Positions 10,999 through 22,112 are shown, counted from the first letter of the stretch. The stretch: DNA of 64,000 nucleotides from Pseudomonadota bacterium (GCA_039180625.1 JBCDDE010000001.1:485018-549017); one strand, 5' to 3'. Translations and numbers: made by a program. The notes: generated by a model from the sequence alone, not told the origin.

Positions 10999-11115
10999 AA
11001 AAGATAAAAAAAAATTTTTGTGTGGCTGCTTGTCGATCACTCGTTTTGGTCGCAGTTCAGAGTTCTAATTTTTTCCATACGTTGCGGTTCTTTCATTTTC
11101 ACATAGTTCATCAGC

Positions 11116-11688
11116 ATGGCGCGACCGCGAGAATTTGAAATTGATGATGCTTTAAATGACTTGATGCATGTTTTTTGGCGTCAGGGCTATGAAGCGACAT
11201 CTATGTTCGACATCGAAGACGCCACCGGTCTTAACAAACAAAGTCTCTATCGGGTGTTTGGCGATAAGCGCGCTATGTATCTGGCGGCGTTGAAGCACTA
11301 TGACGACACGCAGGTGCGCGGCGCCGATGTTATTTTTGACAGCGATGACAGCGCGCATGCAAAGTTCCGAGTTCTTTTTGAAAGCGCCTTGGAGCCGGTC
11401 TTAAAGCGCAATGACAGAAACGGCTGTTTCCTGTGCAACGCCAGTGCGGATCAGAGCCAGCTTGATGACCAAACACAGTCTTTTGTCAGTGCGGCTGTAA
11501 ACAGATTGCTGAGCAAGTTTTCTCATGCGCTGTCTTCAGACGCGCGATATAAAACAGATATTGCGCTGCGGGATGCGACAGCCGCACAACTTCTTGCCGG
11601 ATATTTCGGGTTACGTGTTCTTGTCCGGGCAAGCGCAGATATAAAAACGCTGAAGAGAGCGGTTCATGCGATTTTGTCTTCGATATGA
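11116..11688 (+). CDS. TetR/AcrR family transcriptional regulator
   Basis: MARPREF...FWRQGYEATS...SLYRVFGDKR HTH; GCFLCN. Confidence 0.92.
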   Translation: MARPREFEIDDALNDLMHVFWRQGYEATSMFDIEDATGLNKQSLYRVFGDKRAMYLAALKHYDDTQVRGADVIFDSDDSAHAKFRVLFESALEPVLKRNDRNGCFLCNASADQSQLDDQTQSFVSAAVNRLLSKFSHALSSDARYKTDIALRDATAAQLLAGYFGLRVLVRASADIKTLKRAVHAILSSI

Positions 11689-11690
11689 AA

Positions 11691-11717
11691 CCGCCGGCAA
11701 GATACGCATGCCGGCGG
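11691..11717. terminator. Bidirectional terminator hairpin between convergent genes
   Basis: ccgccggca / tgccggcgg 9-bp stem. Confidence 0.7.
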
Positions 11718-11748
11718 CTTCTTCGTCAGCTCTGACTTCTAGTCAGAA

Positions 11749-12228
11749 CTATGAATAGATATTGATCCGTGCGCGCGGCGAACAATTTCGCCTTGCGATG
11801 CGCGATAGACGACGATCCGGCACATAGTAGGCTTCCGGACCGCGCGCCTTGACCGTGCAGATGAGGCGGGGGCCTCGGCGCGTCCGAACGATTTCTTCAA
11901 TCAATACGATACGGGCGCGAAAACGCGTATCAAAGACTTCGCGATTGAGAATGCGTGAACGCGGACCGCGCTTATGCCGACTATGATAACGCCGCGGGTT
12001 GTCGTAATAACCTCGATCGCTAAAGCGGACCGAAAAAGTTACGCCGTCTCCGCGATATGCGTCCGCGTAGGAATACCGGTCATATTGATTGTCGACATGA
12101 TGCTTTTCAGCATGGCTGCGCCGATCTTTTTCACTGAAATCTGAACTCGTCTTGGCGTGGGCGCCGGTCATGCCAAGCGCTGCAATCCCCAATACAAGAG
12201 CGATTACGGGTTTGAGCATCGTCTTCAT
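11749..12228 (-). CDS. Hypothetical exported Arg/Tyr/His-rich protein
   Basis: AGGAGG RBS at 12235-12240 before ATG 12228; signal peptide (MKTMLKPVIALVLGIAALGMTGAHA); family not recognised. Confidence 0.7.
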   Translation of the reverse strand: MKTMLKPVIALVLGIAALGMTGAHAKTSSDFSEKDRRSHAEKHHVDNQYDRYSYADAYRGDGVTFSVRFSDRGYYDNPRRYHSRHKRGPRSRILNREVFDTRFRARIVLIEEIVRTRRGPRLICTVKARGPEAYYVPDRRLSRIARRNCSPRARINIYS

Positions 12229-12401
12229 GGATGTCCTCCTTTCGCTCCCAGCCGAAAGTCGATGATCAAAAGCTAGAATTGGTTTGCGGCGAGAATGGCG
12301 CCGAAACGCGCCCAAATGGGGTCTTATTCGCGAATGCGCACACATGGGTGTGATGATCAAAGATTGCGTAACATAAAAAAATCAGCATAAATCTTTGTCC
12401 C

Positions 12402-12887
12402 ATGGCTTATGAAGAACAATCTGTGAAAGAAAAAACTGAGCAAACTGTCAGTGCGCCGCGTGAAGCTTGCGGCATGGCGCAGGCGGTTGAGCGCGTCGGC
12501 GACCGCTGGACATTATTGATTTTGCGCGAAGCGCTATTCGGCGTGAACCGCTTTGATCAGATACAAGCAAGCCTCAAATGTCCGCGCACTATTCTTTCAG
12601 AGCGTCTAAAGCGTCTTTGTAAGGAAGAAATTTTAGCGACCAGGCCATATAAAGTTGAGGGCCAACGCACGCGCAAGCAATATGTTCTGACAGGCAAGGG
12701 CGTGGAGCTGGCGCTTCCGATGATCGCGCTCATGCAGTGGGGCGATAAATACTGCCTTGAAAACGCCCCCGCCACCGAGCTTGTGGAGCGCCAGACAGGC
12801 GCTGAATGCAAAGTTGGCCTTGTCAGCGCGGCGAATAGGCCTGTCGGCCTCGGCGAAACACAGCTTCGGGGACGGGCGACAAACTGA
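12402..12887 (+). CDS. HxlR family winged-helix regulator
   Basis: CGMAQAVERVGDRWTLLILREALFGVNRFDQIQ...LSERLKRL...YVLTGKG. Confidence 0.92.
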   Translation: MAYEEQSVKEKTEQTVSAPREACGMAQAVERVGDRWTLLILREALFGVNRFDQIQASLKCPRTILSERLKRLCKEEILATRPYKVEGQRTRKQYVLTGKGVELALPMIALMQWGDKYCLENAPATELVERQTGAECKVGLVSAANRPVGLGETQLRGRATN

Positions 12888-12900
12888 TACACTGCCCCCC

Positions 12901-13701
12901 ATGAATGGACGCGTTCTCATTATTGCGGGATCGGATCCCTCCGGCGGGGCCGGCATTCAGGCGGACATTAAAACCGTAACAGCGCTTGGCGGTTACGCAT
13001 CCACAGCAATAACGGCGCTCACTGTCCAGAATACGATGGGCGTTTCTTTCGTGCAGAGCGTAGAGGCAGAAGTCGTTGCCGCTCAGATCGGCGCCGTGCT
13101 GGATGATATTGGCGCGGACGCCATAAAAATCGGAATGATCGGAAGCGTAGACATTGTCGATGTGATCGCTGAGAAGATTGCATCTCAGTCGCGGCAAATT
13201 CCTGTTGTCTTGGATCCAGTGTTGGTCGCAACCAGCGGCGATGCGCTTGCAGGCGATGGAACGGCGGCTGCGATTCTTGACAGGCTGCTTCCAATAGCGG
13301 CTGTCGTCACGCCCAATAGAGACGAAGCTGCGGCGCTGACAGGTATTAAAATTTCCGATCGCGACGCCATGGTTGCGGCTGGCGAAGCGTTGCGGAGCGC
13401 CGGCGCCGAAGCAGCGCTCGTAAAGGGCGGGCATATGGACGGCGATATGGTTTATGATGTTCTGGTGCGTGATGAAGGCGCGACCTGGTTTCAGAACCAA
13501 AGGCTGAAAACAAACTCGACGCACGGCACGGGGTGTACGCTGGCGAGCGCGACGGCGACAGGGCTGGCGCAAGGCATGGCCGTAAGTGATGCGGTTGCGC
13601 GCGCTATCGCCTATGTGCATGAGGCGATTGCCTCCGCGCCAGGCTTTGGCAAGGGGCATGGGCCGCTTAATCATGCTCATACGTTGACGATGAAGCGATA
13701 A
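12901..13701 (+). CDS. thiD: Hydroxymethylpyrimidine/phosphomethylpyrimidine kinase
   Basis: IAGSDPSGGAGIQADIKT, DPVLVATSG, TPN, KGGH, THGTGCT. Confidence 0.96.
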   Translation: MNGRVLIIAGSDPSGGAGIQADIKTVTALGGYASTAITALTVQNTMGVSFVQSVEAEVVAAQIGAVLDDIGADAIKIGMIGSVDIVDVIAEKIASQSRQIPVVLDPVLVATSGDALAGDGTAAAILDRLLPIAAVVTPNRDEAAALTGIKISDRDAMVAAGEALRSAGAEAALVKGGHMDGDMVYDVLVRDEGATWFQNQRLKTNSTHGTGCTLASATATGLAQGMAVSDAVARAIAYVHEAIASAPGFGKGHGPLNHAHTLTMKR

Positions 13702-13718
13702 ACACAAAGGCGCAGCCG

Positions 13719-14609
13719 ATGAAATCGTGTTCTTTTGAAACTTACGATGTGTTTACGGATGAAAAATTTGCTGGCAATCCGCTTGCCGTCGTTATGGGGG
13801 CGCAAGGGCTGACGACGGATGAAATGCAGACAATCACCCGCGAGTTTAATCTCTCTGAGACGACATTTGTTTTGCCGCCTGAAGACGATGCAAACACTGC
13901 CCGGGTGCGAATTTTCACCCTCGGCTATGAAATGCCCTTCGCCGGGCACCCGACGGTGGGGACGGCGATAGCGATTGCGCGGGCGCGAAGCCTCTCTGGC
14001 GATATTAGGCTGGAGCTGAATGCCGGGGTGTTTCCGGTGACAGTGGAGACGCAGGGCGAAACCGGTCATGCGACCTTTGAAAGCCCTAATCCGCCGAAGG
14101 AAACAGGAAGCGCGCCCAGTGCTGCGCAAATTGAAGCAGCGTTGTCGTTGTCGCCTGGGTCGATTGAAACTGGGGATCGACAACCCAGAAGCGTCGGCGC
14201 TGGCGGCGTCACTTTTCTGTATGCGGAAACATCGCTCGCCAATATTGCTTCGGCGCGGCTTGATTACGCCGCTTTTGACCGGCTCGGCATCGACGATGCG
14301 GTTGGCGTGTATCTTTTTGCAAAAGGCGGCGAACGAACAGGCTCCAACTGGCATGCGCGCATGTTTGCGCCGAACGCCGGCATTCCAGAAGATCCGGCGA
14401 CAGGTTCTGCGGCCTGTTCTCTGCCGGGACAGCTGGCCTTGTCAGGTATGGCGGGCGACGGCGATCATCGTTGGGTGGTTGAGCAGGGTTTTGAGATGGG
14501 GCGGCCGAGCCTGATCGAGGTGACAGCAACAATCGAGAGCGGCGCCGTCAAAAAAGTTCTAATCGGCGGGCGAGCGATTCTCGTGCAACGCGGTGAGCTT
14601 CTGCTTTGA
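13719..14609 (+). CDS. PhzF family protein
   Basis: DVFTDEKFAGNPLAVV, SETTFV, EMPFAGHPTVG, EDPATGSA, EQGFEMGRPS. Confidence 0.93.
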   Translation: MKSCSFETYDVFTDEKFAGNPLAVVMGAQGLTTDEMQTITREFNLSETTFVLPPEDDANTARVRIFTLGYEMPFAGHPTVGTAIAIARARSLSGDIRLELNAGVFPVTVETQGETGHATFESPNPPKETGSAPSAAQIEAALSLSPGSIETGDRQPRSVGAGGVTFLYAETSLANIASARLDYAAFDRLGIDDAVGVYLFAKGGERTGSNWHARMFAPNAGIPEDPATGSAACSLPGQLALSGMAGDGDHRWVVEQGFEMGRPSLIEVTATIESGAVKKVLIGGRAILVQRGELLL

Positions 14610-15533
14610 GCTGCGCCGTCTTTGACTGATCGCAACGCCGGCGAGAATGATGGTCAATGCAATAAAGGCGTTTGGCTCAAGACGTTCATTGTAAAAGAGT
14701 GCGCCCATGGCGACAGCCCAGAGGGGCGTCACATAATTCGTCAGCGCCATGAAACCGGCGCCGGCGCGTTTAATCAGCATAATGATGAGAACGCCATTAA
14801 TGCCGGTTGGCAAAAGGCCAAGGCCGATAACAGTAATGATAGAAAGGGAGGACCACTCCGCCGGTGCAATTTTCGTGAAAAACAGCATCGGCGTGATGGC
14901 GACGGCTGCGGTGAGTGACATGCCTGCGGCGAACACCCGCGGGCGGATGGGCGGCGCCCGGCGGGTAATGACAGCGGATGCCGCGTAGCAAAGAGTTGCC
15001 GCCAGCAACGCCAGTTGCGCTGCGAGTTCGCCGTCGAGCGCGCCTTTCACCGCGTCAGGCCCCATCAACACGATGACGCCGATAAAGCCGAGCGCAAATC
15101 CCGCCATCTTGCGCGCAGTCAGGGTCTCGCCGGCGAACAGATATGCAAGCCCCAGAGTCCAGATCGGCATGAAGGCCATATAGACGCCAGCGAGCCCGCT
15201 ATCGATCCGCTGTTGCGCCCATGGGAACAGCAGAAAAGGGATGGCGTTGCCAATAATCCCGACACCGATCATTGAAGGCCAGCCTTGCGAGAGCCGGATG
15301 TGGCCTTGTGCGCTTCGGAATAGCGGTGGCAGGCGACGGCCCGCCTGAACCATCACGCCAAACAAAAATGCGGCGCCCACCCACAGCCGCCCGACCGCGA
15401 CGAGCGGCGGCGGGACCGTCTCAACCGCGGCGCGGATCATCACAAATGCTGATCCGCCAAGCGCGACAATGACGGCAAGCAACAGCCAGTCGATGGCGGT
15501 CGGTTCCTTAAGGGCGGGCTGAGGCGATGGCAT
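14559..15533 (-). CDS. DMT/EamA family transporter
   Basis: About 10 TM helices; GNAIPFLLFPWAQQRIDSGLAG. Start inferred; the upstream ORF extension overlaps serC. Confidence 0.88.
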   Translation of the reverse strand: MPSPQPALKEPTAIDWLLLAVIVALGGSAFVMIRAAVETVPPPLVAVGRLWVGAAFLFGVMVQAGRRLPPLFRSAQGHIRLSQGWPSMIGVGIIGNAIPFLLFPWAQQRIDSGLAGVYMAFMPIWTLGLAYLFAGETLTARKMAGFALGFIGVIVLMGPDAVKGALDGELAAQLALLAATLCYAASAVITRRAPPIRPRVFAAGMSLTAAVAITPMLFFTKIAPAEWSSLSIITVIGLGLLPTGINGVLIIMLIKRAGAGFMALTNYVTPLWAVAMGALFYNERLEPNAFIALTIILAGVAISQRRRSSKQKLTALHENRSPAD

Positions 15534-15694
15534 AGACGCGGCGCTATCGGTCAATGCTTCATTAGGCAAGTCATAAAAACTTATTTGTCGCGCAGTCGAT
15601 TTGTCGTTGACGAATGCGCCACACGCCCGCAAGTTATCTGTGGGCCACGCCTCCCCAACGGGGCGCGACCCATCTGCAAGGATGGGAGATATTG

Positions 15695-16876
15695 ATGACG
15701 CAGAAACGAGACGTGCAGCTGAATGCTGTGCAAAAACCAGATGCGCGCCCTGCGCGCCCCTTTTTTTCATCTGGGCCATGCGCAAAGCGCCCTGGATGGA
15801 GTCCTGAAAATCTGAAGGACGCTGCTTTGAGCCGATCTCACCGGTCAAAGCTTGGCAAATCACGCTTAAAACAAGCGATCGATAAGACCCGAACGCTGCT
15901 TGGCCTGCCCGGTGATTATCGCATCGGCATTGTCCCGGCGTCGGATACAGGCGCCGTTGAAATGGCCATGTGGTTGATGCTGGGCGCACGACCCGTCGAC
16001 ATGCTGGCGTGGGAGAGTTTCGGCGCCGGCTGGGTGACCGATGCGGTCAAGCAACTCGACCTCGATGCGCGTGTTCTGGATGCGCCGTATGGCGAGATCG
16101 CGGATCTTGCCGCCGTCGATCCAGCCCATGATGTCGTCTTCACCTGGAACGGCACGACCTCCGGCGTGCGCGTGCCGGATGCGGACTGGATCAGCGCGGC
16201 TCGCGAAGGTCTGACCATATGCGATGCGACTTCGGCGATATTTGCGCAGCCGCTCGATTGGCCGAAGCTCGATGTCGTCACCTATTCCTGGCAGAAGGTG
16301 CTCGGCGGGGAGGGCGGCCACGGCGTCCTTATTCTAGGGCCGCGCGCTGTTGAGCGGTTGGAGAGTTTTACGCCGCCGCGGCCTTTGCCAAAGATCTTCA
16401 GGCTGACCAAAGGCGGCAAATTGATCGAAGGCATCTTCGAAGGCGCTACGATCAATACGCCTTCGATGCTGTGCGTTGAGGATTATCTCGACGCGCTGGG
16501 CTGGGCGGAAAGCCTCGGCGGGCTTGGCGCATTGCACGCCCGCGCTGACGCTAATGCTGCCGCGCTTTCACAATGGGTAGAGAAAACCGACTGGATCGAT
16601 CATCTCGCGGTCGATCCGGCGACCCGCTCGAATACGTCCGTTTGCCTCAAAATTACGGATGACAATTTCGCAGGGCTCGACGAAAGCGCCCAGCGTGCAT
16701 TCGTCAAAAAGATGGAAGCTTTGCTCGCTGATGAAAACGCTGCATTCGACATTGGCGGTTATCGCGATGCGCCGCCGGGCCTTCGTATCTGGTGCGGCGC
16801 TACCGTTGAAACATCAGACATCGAAGCGCTCGGCCCATGGCTCGACTGGTCGTTTGCAGAAGTCAGCAGGAACTAG
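15695..16876 (+). CDS. serC: Phosphoserine aminotransferase (alphaproteobacterial/Methanosarcina type)
   Basis: [36 protein letters not shown] (PLP Lys), TINTPSM; upstream of serA. Confidence 0.95.
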   Translation: MTQKRDVQLNAVQKPDARPARPFFSSGPCAKRPGWSPENLKDAALSRSHRSKLGKSRLKQAIDKTRTLLGLPGDYRIGIVPASDTGAVEMAMWLMLGARPVDMLAWESFGAGWVTDAVKQLDLDARVLDAPYGEIADLAAVDPAHDVVFTWNGTTSGVRVPDADWISAAREGLTICDATSAIFAQPLDWPKLDVVTYSWQKVLGGEGGHGVLILGPRAVERLESFTPPRPLPKIFRLTKGGKLIEGIFEGATINTPSMLCVEDYLDALGWAESLGGLGALHARADANAAALSQWVEKTDWIDHLAVDPATRSNTSVCLKITDDNFAGLDESAQRAFVKKMEALLADENAAFDIGGYRDAPPGLRIWCGATVETSDIEALGPWLDWSFAEVSRN

Positions 16877-16981
16877 TTTGGGATACGGCAGGAGTCTCAC
16901 AGACTCTATCGTGGACCCCAATCGTAAAGACTAACCTGAACAATTTCGAGATTTTCTCAGTACAAACGGAATCATTACCTT

Positions 16982-18562
16982 ATGCCCAAAGTTCTCATCT
17001 CCGATAAACTTTCCGAAACGGCTGTCAACATCTTCAAAGAACGCGGCGTTAACGTCGACTATCAGCCTGATCTTGGTAAGGACAAAGAACGGCTCCACGC
17101 CGTGATTGGTGATTATGACGGTCTCGCTGTTCGTTCAGCCAGCAAGGCGACGCCCAAGATCATCGAAGCCGCTAAAAAGCTCAAAGTGATTGGCCGCGCC
17201 GGCATTGGCATTGACAATATCGATATCCCGGCAGCGACGGCGGCAGGCATCGTCGTGATGAACACCCCTTACGGCAACGCCATCACGACCGCTGAACACG
17301 CCATCGCCATGATGTTTGCGCTGGTCCGAAAAATTCCACAGGCGAACCAGTCGACCCATGCCGGCAAGTGGGAGAAGTCCGCTTTTATGGGTGCGGAAGT
17401 CTTCGGAAAAACGCTAGGACTTATCGGCTGCGGCAATATCGGATCGATCGTCGCTGATCGTGCGGTGGGGCTCAAAATGCGCGTTGTCGCCTATGATCCC
17501 TTCCTGACTGATGAGCGTGCAGTGGAACTTGGCGTGGAGAAGGTTGAACTCGACGATTTGCTCGCGCGTGCTGATATTATCACGCTACACACGCCGCTTA
17601 CGGATCAAACACGCAACATTCTGAGCAAGGAGAATATCGAAAAACTGAAACCCTCTGCCTATCTCGTCAATTGCGCCCGCGGCGGCTTGATTGATGAGGC
17701 GGCGTTGAAGGAGGCTCTGGATGAAGACCGTCTCGCCGGCGCAGCGCTTGATGTCTATGAAACCGAGCCGGCGACGGAGCATCCTTTGTTCGGGCACCCG
17801 AAGGTTGTTGCGACACCCCATCTTGGCGCATCTACCCGCGAGGCGCAGGAGAATGTCGCGATCCAGATCGCTGAGCAGATGTCTGATTATCTAATGCGCG
17901 GCGCTGTATCGAATGCATTGAATTCTCCGTCTGTTACGGCCGAAGAGGCGCCGCGTTTGAAGCCTTATATTGCTCTTGCTGAAAAGCTTGGCGCATTTGC
18001 GGGACAGCTTTCTGAAACCGCTATTCAGAAAATTGAAATCACCTATGAAGGTGAAGTGGCTGGCTTGAATACTAAACCGCTCACCTCTTCGGCGGTGGCC
18101 GGCGTCCTCAAGCCGATGCTGTCTGAGGTGAACATCGTCAATGCGCCGGTCATTGCCAAGGACCGCGGCATTTCGATCTCTGAAACTTTCAATGACGAAG
18201 CTGACGCCTATGAAAGTCTTATCCGTTTGCGGCTGATGACGGAAAATCAAGACAGATCCGTATGCGGTACGATCTTTGGCGGCGAGCCGCGCATTGTCGA
18301 TATCAAGGGCGTTGGCATGGAGGCGGGCTTTGCTCCCCATATGCTCTATACGACAAATGATGATCGACCAGGCTTCATCGGCGCGCTTGGCGCCGCGCTT
18401 GGCGAAGCGGATGTGAACATTGCAACTTTCAATCTGGGTCGGTCTGCGCCGGGTGAGCAGGCGATTGCCTTGCTTGCAGTTGATGCGCCGGTGACAGATA
18501 AAGTTCTGGAGACTTTGCGTGCGCTGCCCCACGTGCAGCAGGCGAAAGCATTGGCGTTTTAG
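16982..18562 (+). CDS. serA: D-3-phosphoglycerate dehydrogenase
   Basis: GRAGIGIDN, GCGNIG, NCARGG, TPHLGAST, C-terminal ASB/ACT domains. Confidence 0.97.
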   Translation: MPKVLISDKLSETAVNIFKERGVNVDYQPDLGKDKERLHAVIGDYDGLAVRSASKATPKIIEAAKKLKVIGRAGIGIDNIDIPAATAAGIVVMNTPYGNAITTAEHAIAMMFALVRKIPQANQSTHAGKWEKSAFMGAEVFGKTLGLIGCGNIGSIVADRAVGLKMRVVAYDPFLTDERAVELGVEKVELDDLLARADIITLHTPLTDQTRNILSKENIEKLKPSAYLVNCARGGLIDEAALKEALDEDRLAGAALDVYETEPATEHPLFGHPKVVATPHLGASTREAQENVAIQIAEQMSDYLMRGAVSNALNSPSVTAEEAPRLKPYIALAEKLGAFAGQLSETAIQKIEITYEGEVAGLNTKPLTSSAVAGVLKPMLSEVNIVNAPVIAKDRGISISETFNDEADAYESLIRLRLMTENQDRSVCGTIFGGEPRIVDIKGVGMEAGFAPHMLYTTNDDRPGFIGALGAALGEADVNIATFNLGRSAPGEQAIALLAVDAPVTDKVLETLRALPHVQQAKALAF

Positions 18563-18684
18563 AATATACATCGAGGGGCAGGTACAGGATTTAGCTCGCT
18601 CGCGGATTTATGAGGCGCTTTGGAAAATAGCTCGGGCTATAGTGCGACGCTTTTGATTGTAGTTCTCAGCTTTGATCCCTACGC

Positions 18685-19521
18685 ATGCAGACCGCTCTCC
18701 TAACCTTTCTGGCGCTTGCCGCTTTTGCCGCCAACTCTATTCTTTGTCGGTTAGCGTTGAAGGACGGCGCTATCGATCCTGTCAGTTTTACGCAGATCAG
18801 ATTGCTTGCCGGCGCTGCGTTTTTGGCGCCGTTCTTCTGGGTTCGCAGAGAAGCGTTGCTGCCGCTGCGCGGCGCTAATTGGCGCCCGGCGGCGGCGCTG
18901 TTTGTCTATGCGATTGCTTTTTCATTATCTTATGTGTCCCTTGACGCCGGTGTCGGGGCGCTGATTTTATTCGGAACTGTCCAATTCACGATGATTGGAT
19001 ACGGCGTTTTAAAAGGTGAGCGCCCCAACGGCGCTCAGTTGTTTGGCGCCGGGTTGGCGTTTGCCGGGCTGGTTTATCTGTTGGCGCCCGGTCTTAGCGC
19101 GCCTCCGATACTTGGCGCCGGCCTCATGGCAATCGCCGGGTTCGCATGGGGCGCCTATTCACTGTTCGGGAAGGGGAGCGGCGATCCCGTGGGCGCAACG
19201 TCGCGCAATTTCCTGCTGTGCGCGCCTGCAGCGCTATTGTTGCTGCTTGCGCCCTATGAAGCGCATATGCAGTTTCGCGGAATTGCGCTTGCACTTGCAT
19301 CGGGCGTTATCGCTTCGGGCGCTGGCTACGTTATCTGGTATCGTGCGCTCAAGGGTCTTGCTAATCTGCACGCGGCCGTTGTGCAGCTTGCAGTGCCGAT
19401 CATTGCAGGGCTTGGCGGCGTGGCGTTCATTGGGGAAACTGTTACGGTCCGTCTTGCGGTCTCCGCCGCGCTTGTTCTGGGCGGAATTTTTCTGGCTATA
19501 CGCGCTAAGTCAGAATCCTAG
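18685..19521 (+). CDS. DMT/EamA family transporter
   Basis: Multi-TM protein, AFAANSILCRLAL, two EamA-like repeats. Confidence 0.88.
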   Translation: MQTALLTFLALAAFAANSILCRLALKDGAIDPVSFTQIRLLAGAAFLAPFFWVRREALLPLRGANWRPAAALFVYAIAFSLSYVSLDAGVGALILFGTVQFTMIGYGVLKGERPNGAQLFGAGLAFAGLVYLLAPGLSAPPILGAGLMAIAGFAWGAYSLFGKGSGDPVGATSRNFLLCAPAALLLLLAPYEAHMQFRGIALALASGVIASGAGYVIWYRALKGLANLHAAVVQLAVPIIAGLGGVAFIGETVTVRLAVSAALVLGGIFLAIRAKSES

Positions 19522-19527
19522 AAATTA

Positions 19528-20049
19528 CTATTCTCTCTTTTTGTAAATGCCTGTGAACCATGCCTGCCATTCATCAGACTGCGCATTATACTGCTCAAAA
19601 TGCTGTCGTATCGTTCCGTCATTCTGCAACGTCCAAACGCCTTTGAATGGCGCTGTTGTTCCATTGCGATAAGCGATTTCGCCTTCTAGCGTCATTTTGC
19701 CCGCATCATTGAGACCGCCCGAGTAATCAATAGTGATATCGCGGTTGACCCAGATCTGGCGCCATTTTTTCATGCCGGGATCATAATAATTATAGCTCTG
19801 ACCAGTGCCGCCGGCAGCGCTTGTCCAGCGTTCCAGAATTAGGCAGCCCTGTTCTTCAGAAGTGATTTTATTGACGCCCGCCTTTTGTCCGTTCGGCGTG
19901 AAGACATCCCATTCGCCCAGCCAGAAATCGAACGCGCGATATTGATCCCCCTGACAGGGCGAGGGCTGTGGCGTTTGCTGGTTTTGAGCAAAGGCGACGG
20001 CGCCTGAAAACGTCCATAATCCGGCGGCGATGGTGAGCAGTAAACGCAT
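19528..20049 (-). CDS. Exported hypothetical beta-barrel-type protein (FDFWLGEWDV family, possibly DUF1579-like)
   Basis: Signal peptide; C...FDFWLGEWDV...GCLILERW...YDP...WRQIWV pattern. Confidence 0.7.
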   Translation of the reverse strand: MRLLLTIAAGLWTFSGAVAFAQNQQTPQPSPCQGDQYRAFDFWLGEWDVFTPNGQKAGVNKITSEEQGCLILERWTSAAGGTGQSYNYYDPGMKKWRQIWVNRDITIDYSGGLNDAGKMTLEGEIAYRNGTTAPFKGVWTLQNDGTIRQHFEQYNAQSDEWQAWFTGIYKKRE

Positions 20050-20213
20050 GAGCTTAATCCCGACCTGTGATATCCTGTTTGATCAAACCTATCCTTTTAT
20101 AAGACACGAAAACGCCTCTAAACCTCAAGGTCGCTGCGACGAAGCGTTTGACGCCGCCTTTAAAGCTCCTATGGTGCGCCGCGAAAATCCCGCTAATTCT
20201 TGAGGAGCTAGGC

Positions 20214-21506
20214 ATGGCCGATGTCGCGGTAATCGGCGCCCAATGGGGCGACGAAGGTAAGGGTAAGATCGTCGATTGGCTCTCGGCGCGCGCCGATGTG
20301 GTGGTTCGCTTCCAGGGCGGCCATAATGCCGGTCATACGCTGGTTATTGACGGCGAGGTCTATAAGCTCTCCTTACTGCCGTCAGGGGTGGTCCGAAAGG
20401 GGTGCGTGGGCGTGATCGGACCGGGTGTCGTTGTCGACCCGGCTGCGTTGCTCGCCGAGATTGATCGTATTGCCGGTCAGGGCGTTTCCATCACGCCCGA
20501 CAATTTGATAATTGCCGAAAATGCAACGCTTATATTGCCAGTCCATCAAGAACTTGACGCTTTGCGTGAGGGAGCGGCGAAGGGTGTTAAAATCGGCACG
20601 ACAAAACGCGGCATCGGGCCAGCCTATGAAGATAAGGCCGGGCGGCGCGGCTTGCGCGTGATCGATCTTGCAAATCCAGAAACGCTAGATCAGAAATTTG
20701 AAAATCTCCTTGTACACCATAATGCCTTGCGACGAGGGTTTGGCGCTAGCGATTTTGAAGCTGCTGGTCTTGCCGAGACGCTGAAAGATATTGCGCCGCG
20801 CATTTTGTCTTTTGCGCAACCGGTTTGGCGAAAATTGGATGAGGCGCGCAAAGACGGAAAACGCATTCTGTATGAAGGCGCTCAAGGCGTTTTGCTTGAC
20901 GTTGATCATGGCACGTATCCGTTTGTGACTTCATCAAACACAGTCGCGGGACAGGCGGCGGCAGGGTCCGGCTCCGGGCCGCGCGCGGTCGGGTATGTGC
21001 TGGGGATCGTCAAAGCCTACACGACGCGGGTTGGAGAAGGTCCGTTCCCCACTGAGCTTAGCGACGAGATCGGACAGCGTCTTGGCGAGCGAGGTCATGA
21101 GTTTGGGACCGTGACAGGCCGTCAGCGTCGCTGCGGATGGTTTGATGCGGCGCTGGTGCGTCAATCCCTGAAAATCTCCGGGGTCGACGGCGTCGCGCTT
21201 ACCAAGCTCGATGTGCTTGATGGTTTTGACGCGTTGAAGGTTTGCACCGGGTATCGAATTGACGGGCGCGACTACGATTATCTCCCCGCGGGCATGGATA
21301 ACCAGGCTGCGGCTGAGCCTGTTTATGAGACAATGGAAGGTTGGTCCGGATCAACGGAGAAAGCGCGCTCCTGGGCGGATTTGCCGGCTGCCGCGGTAAA
21401 ATATGTCCGCCGGATTGAGGAGCTCATCGAAACGCCTGTGGCGCTTGTTTCCACAAGTCCTGAACGGGATGATGTCATCCTGATGCGAGACCCCTTTCAG
21501 GACTGA
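20214..21506 (+). CDS. purA: Adenylosuccinate synthase
   Basis: [49 protein letters not shown]. Confidence 0.98.
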   Translation: MADVAVIGAQWGDEGKGKIVDWLSARADVVVRFQGGHNAGHTLVIDGEVYKLSLLPSGVVRKGCVGVIGPGVVVDPAALLAEIDRIAGQGVSITPDNLIIAENATLILPVHQELDALREGAAKGVKIGTTKRGIGPAYEDKAGRRGLRVIDLANPETLDQKFENLLVHHNALRRGFGASDFEAAGLAETLKDIAPRILSFAQPVWRKLDEARKDGKRILYEGAQGVLLDVDHGTYPFVTSSNTVAGQAAAGSGSGPRAVGYVLGIVKAYTTRVGEGPFPTELSDEIGQRLGERGHEFGTVTGRQRRCGWFDAALVRQSLKISGVDGVALTKLDVLDGFDALKVCTGYRIDGRDYDYLPAGMDNQAAAEPVYETMEGWSGSTEKARSWADLPAAAVKYVRRIEELIETPVALVSTSPERDDVILMRDPFQD

Positions 21507-21575
21507 TTAAAGATCACGGCGTTTTGAAATGCGCCTTGCTGGAGCACAAACGCGTGATCAGATAAAACGGTATTT

Positions 21576-22016
21576 ATGAAACAGACGAAAAATATCGTTT
21601 TTATTGCCGTCGCCGTTATCGGCGTGGCGATTTTCGCTTCTGTTGGGCGCACAAATGCAACCGATACGGCCTATCTCTATGACGGCGAGCCGGAAATTAT
21701 CGCGGCGACATTTTCCTCAGCATGGTGTTCTTCCTGCAAAATTCTGGAGCCGCGGCTGAGAGATGTTGCGCCTGAATTTGCCGATTCGCCGGTGAAGTTC
21801 GTGAAACTTGACTTTACGTTTGGGCAGCGCGGCGAAATTGAGGATCAGGCGCGCGCAGAAGGGCTTGAGGATATTTACCCACAGTATAAGGGCGCAACCG
21901 GTTTTACGCTTCTTGTCGATGCTGATACGGGTGAAATTGTCGATAGTCTCACAATAAATCACTCGCCAAAAGCAATGCGTGCGGCGATAGCCCGAGCGCT
22001 TGCAGCGGCTCAGTAG
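21576..22016 (+). CDS. Exported thioredoxin-fold protein
   Basis: N-terminal signal/anchor; FSSAWCSSCK CxxC motif. Confidence 0.82.
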   Translation: MKQTKNIVFIAVAVIGVAIFASVGRTNATDTAYLYDGEPEIIAATFSSAWCSSCKILEPRLRDVAPEFADSPVKFVKLDFTFGQRGEIEDQARAEGLEDIYPQYKGATGFTLLVDADTGEIVDSLTINHSPKAMRAAIARALAAAQ

Positions 22017-22112
22017 CAAGGAAACATTTCGGGTAGGCTTACTGACTGGAACGTTATTGGCGCGTGAGCGCATCAGCGATTATAAATTATCGATAAACAA
22101 GGAGATAAAGCC

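Noticed and set aside
11006-11019. A9T5 tract upstream of the TetR gene as a phase-variation site
   Set aside because: Short tract not clearly placed within a promoter spacer; may just be part of the glmM 3' end
20077-20088. GTTTGATCAAAC palindrome and related TGATCAAA words at 12261, 12352 and 51151 as a shared operator
   Set aside because: The core is short and also occurs in coding regions; it does not match FNR spacing (TTGAT-N4-ATCAA); not supportable without statistics
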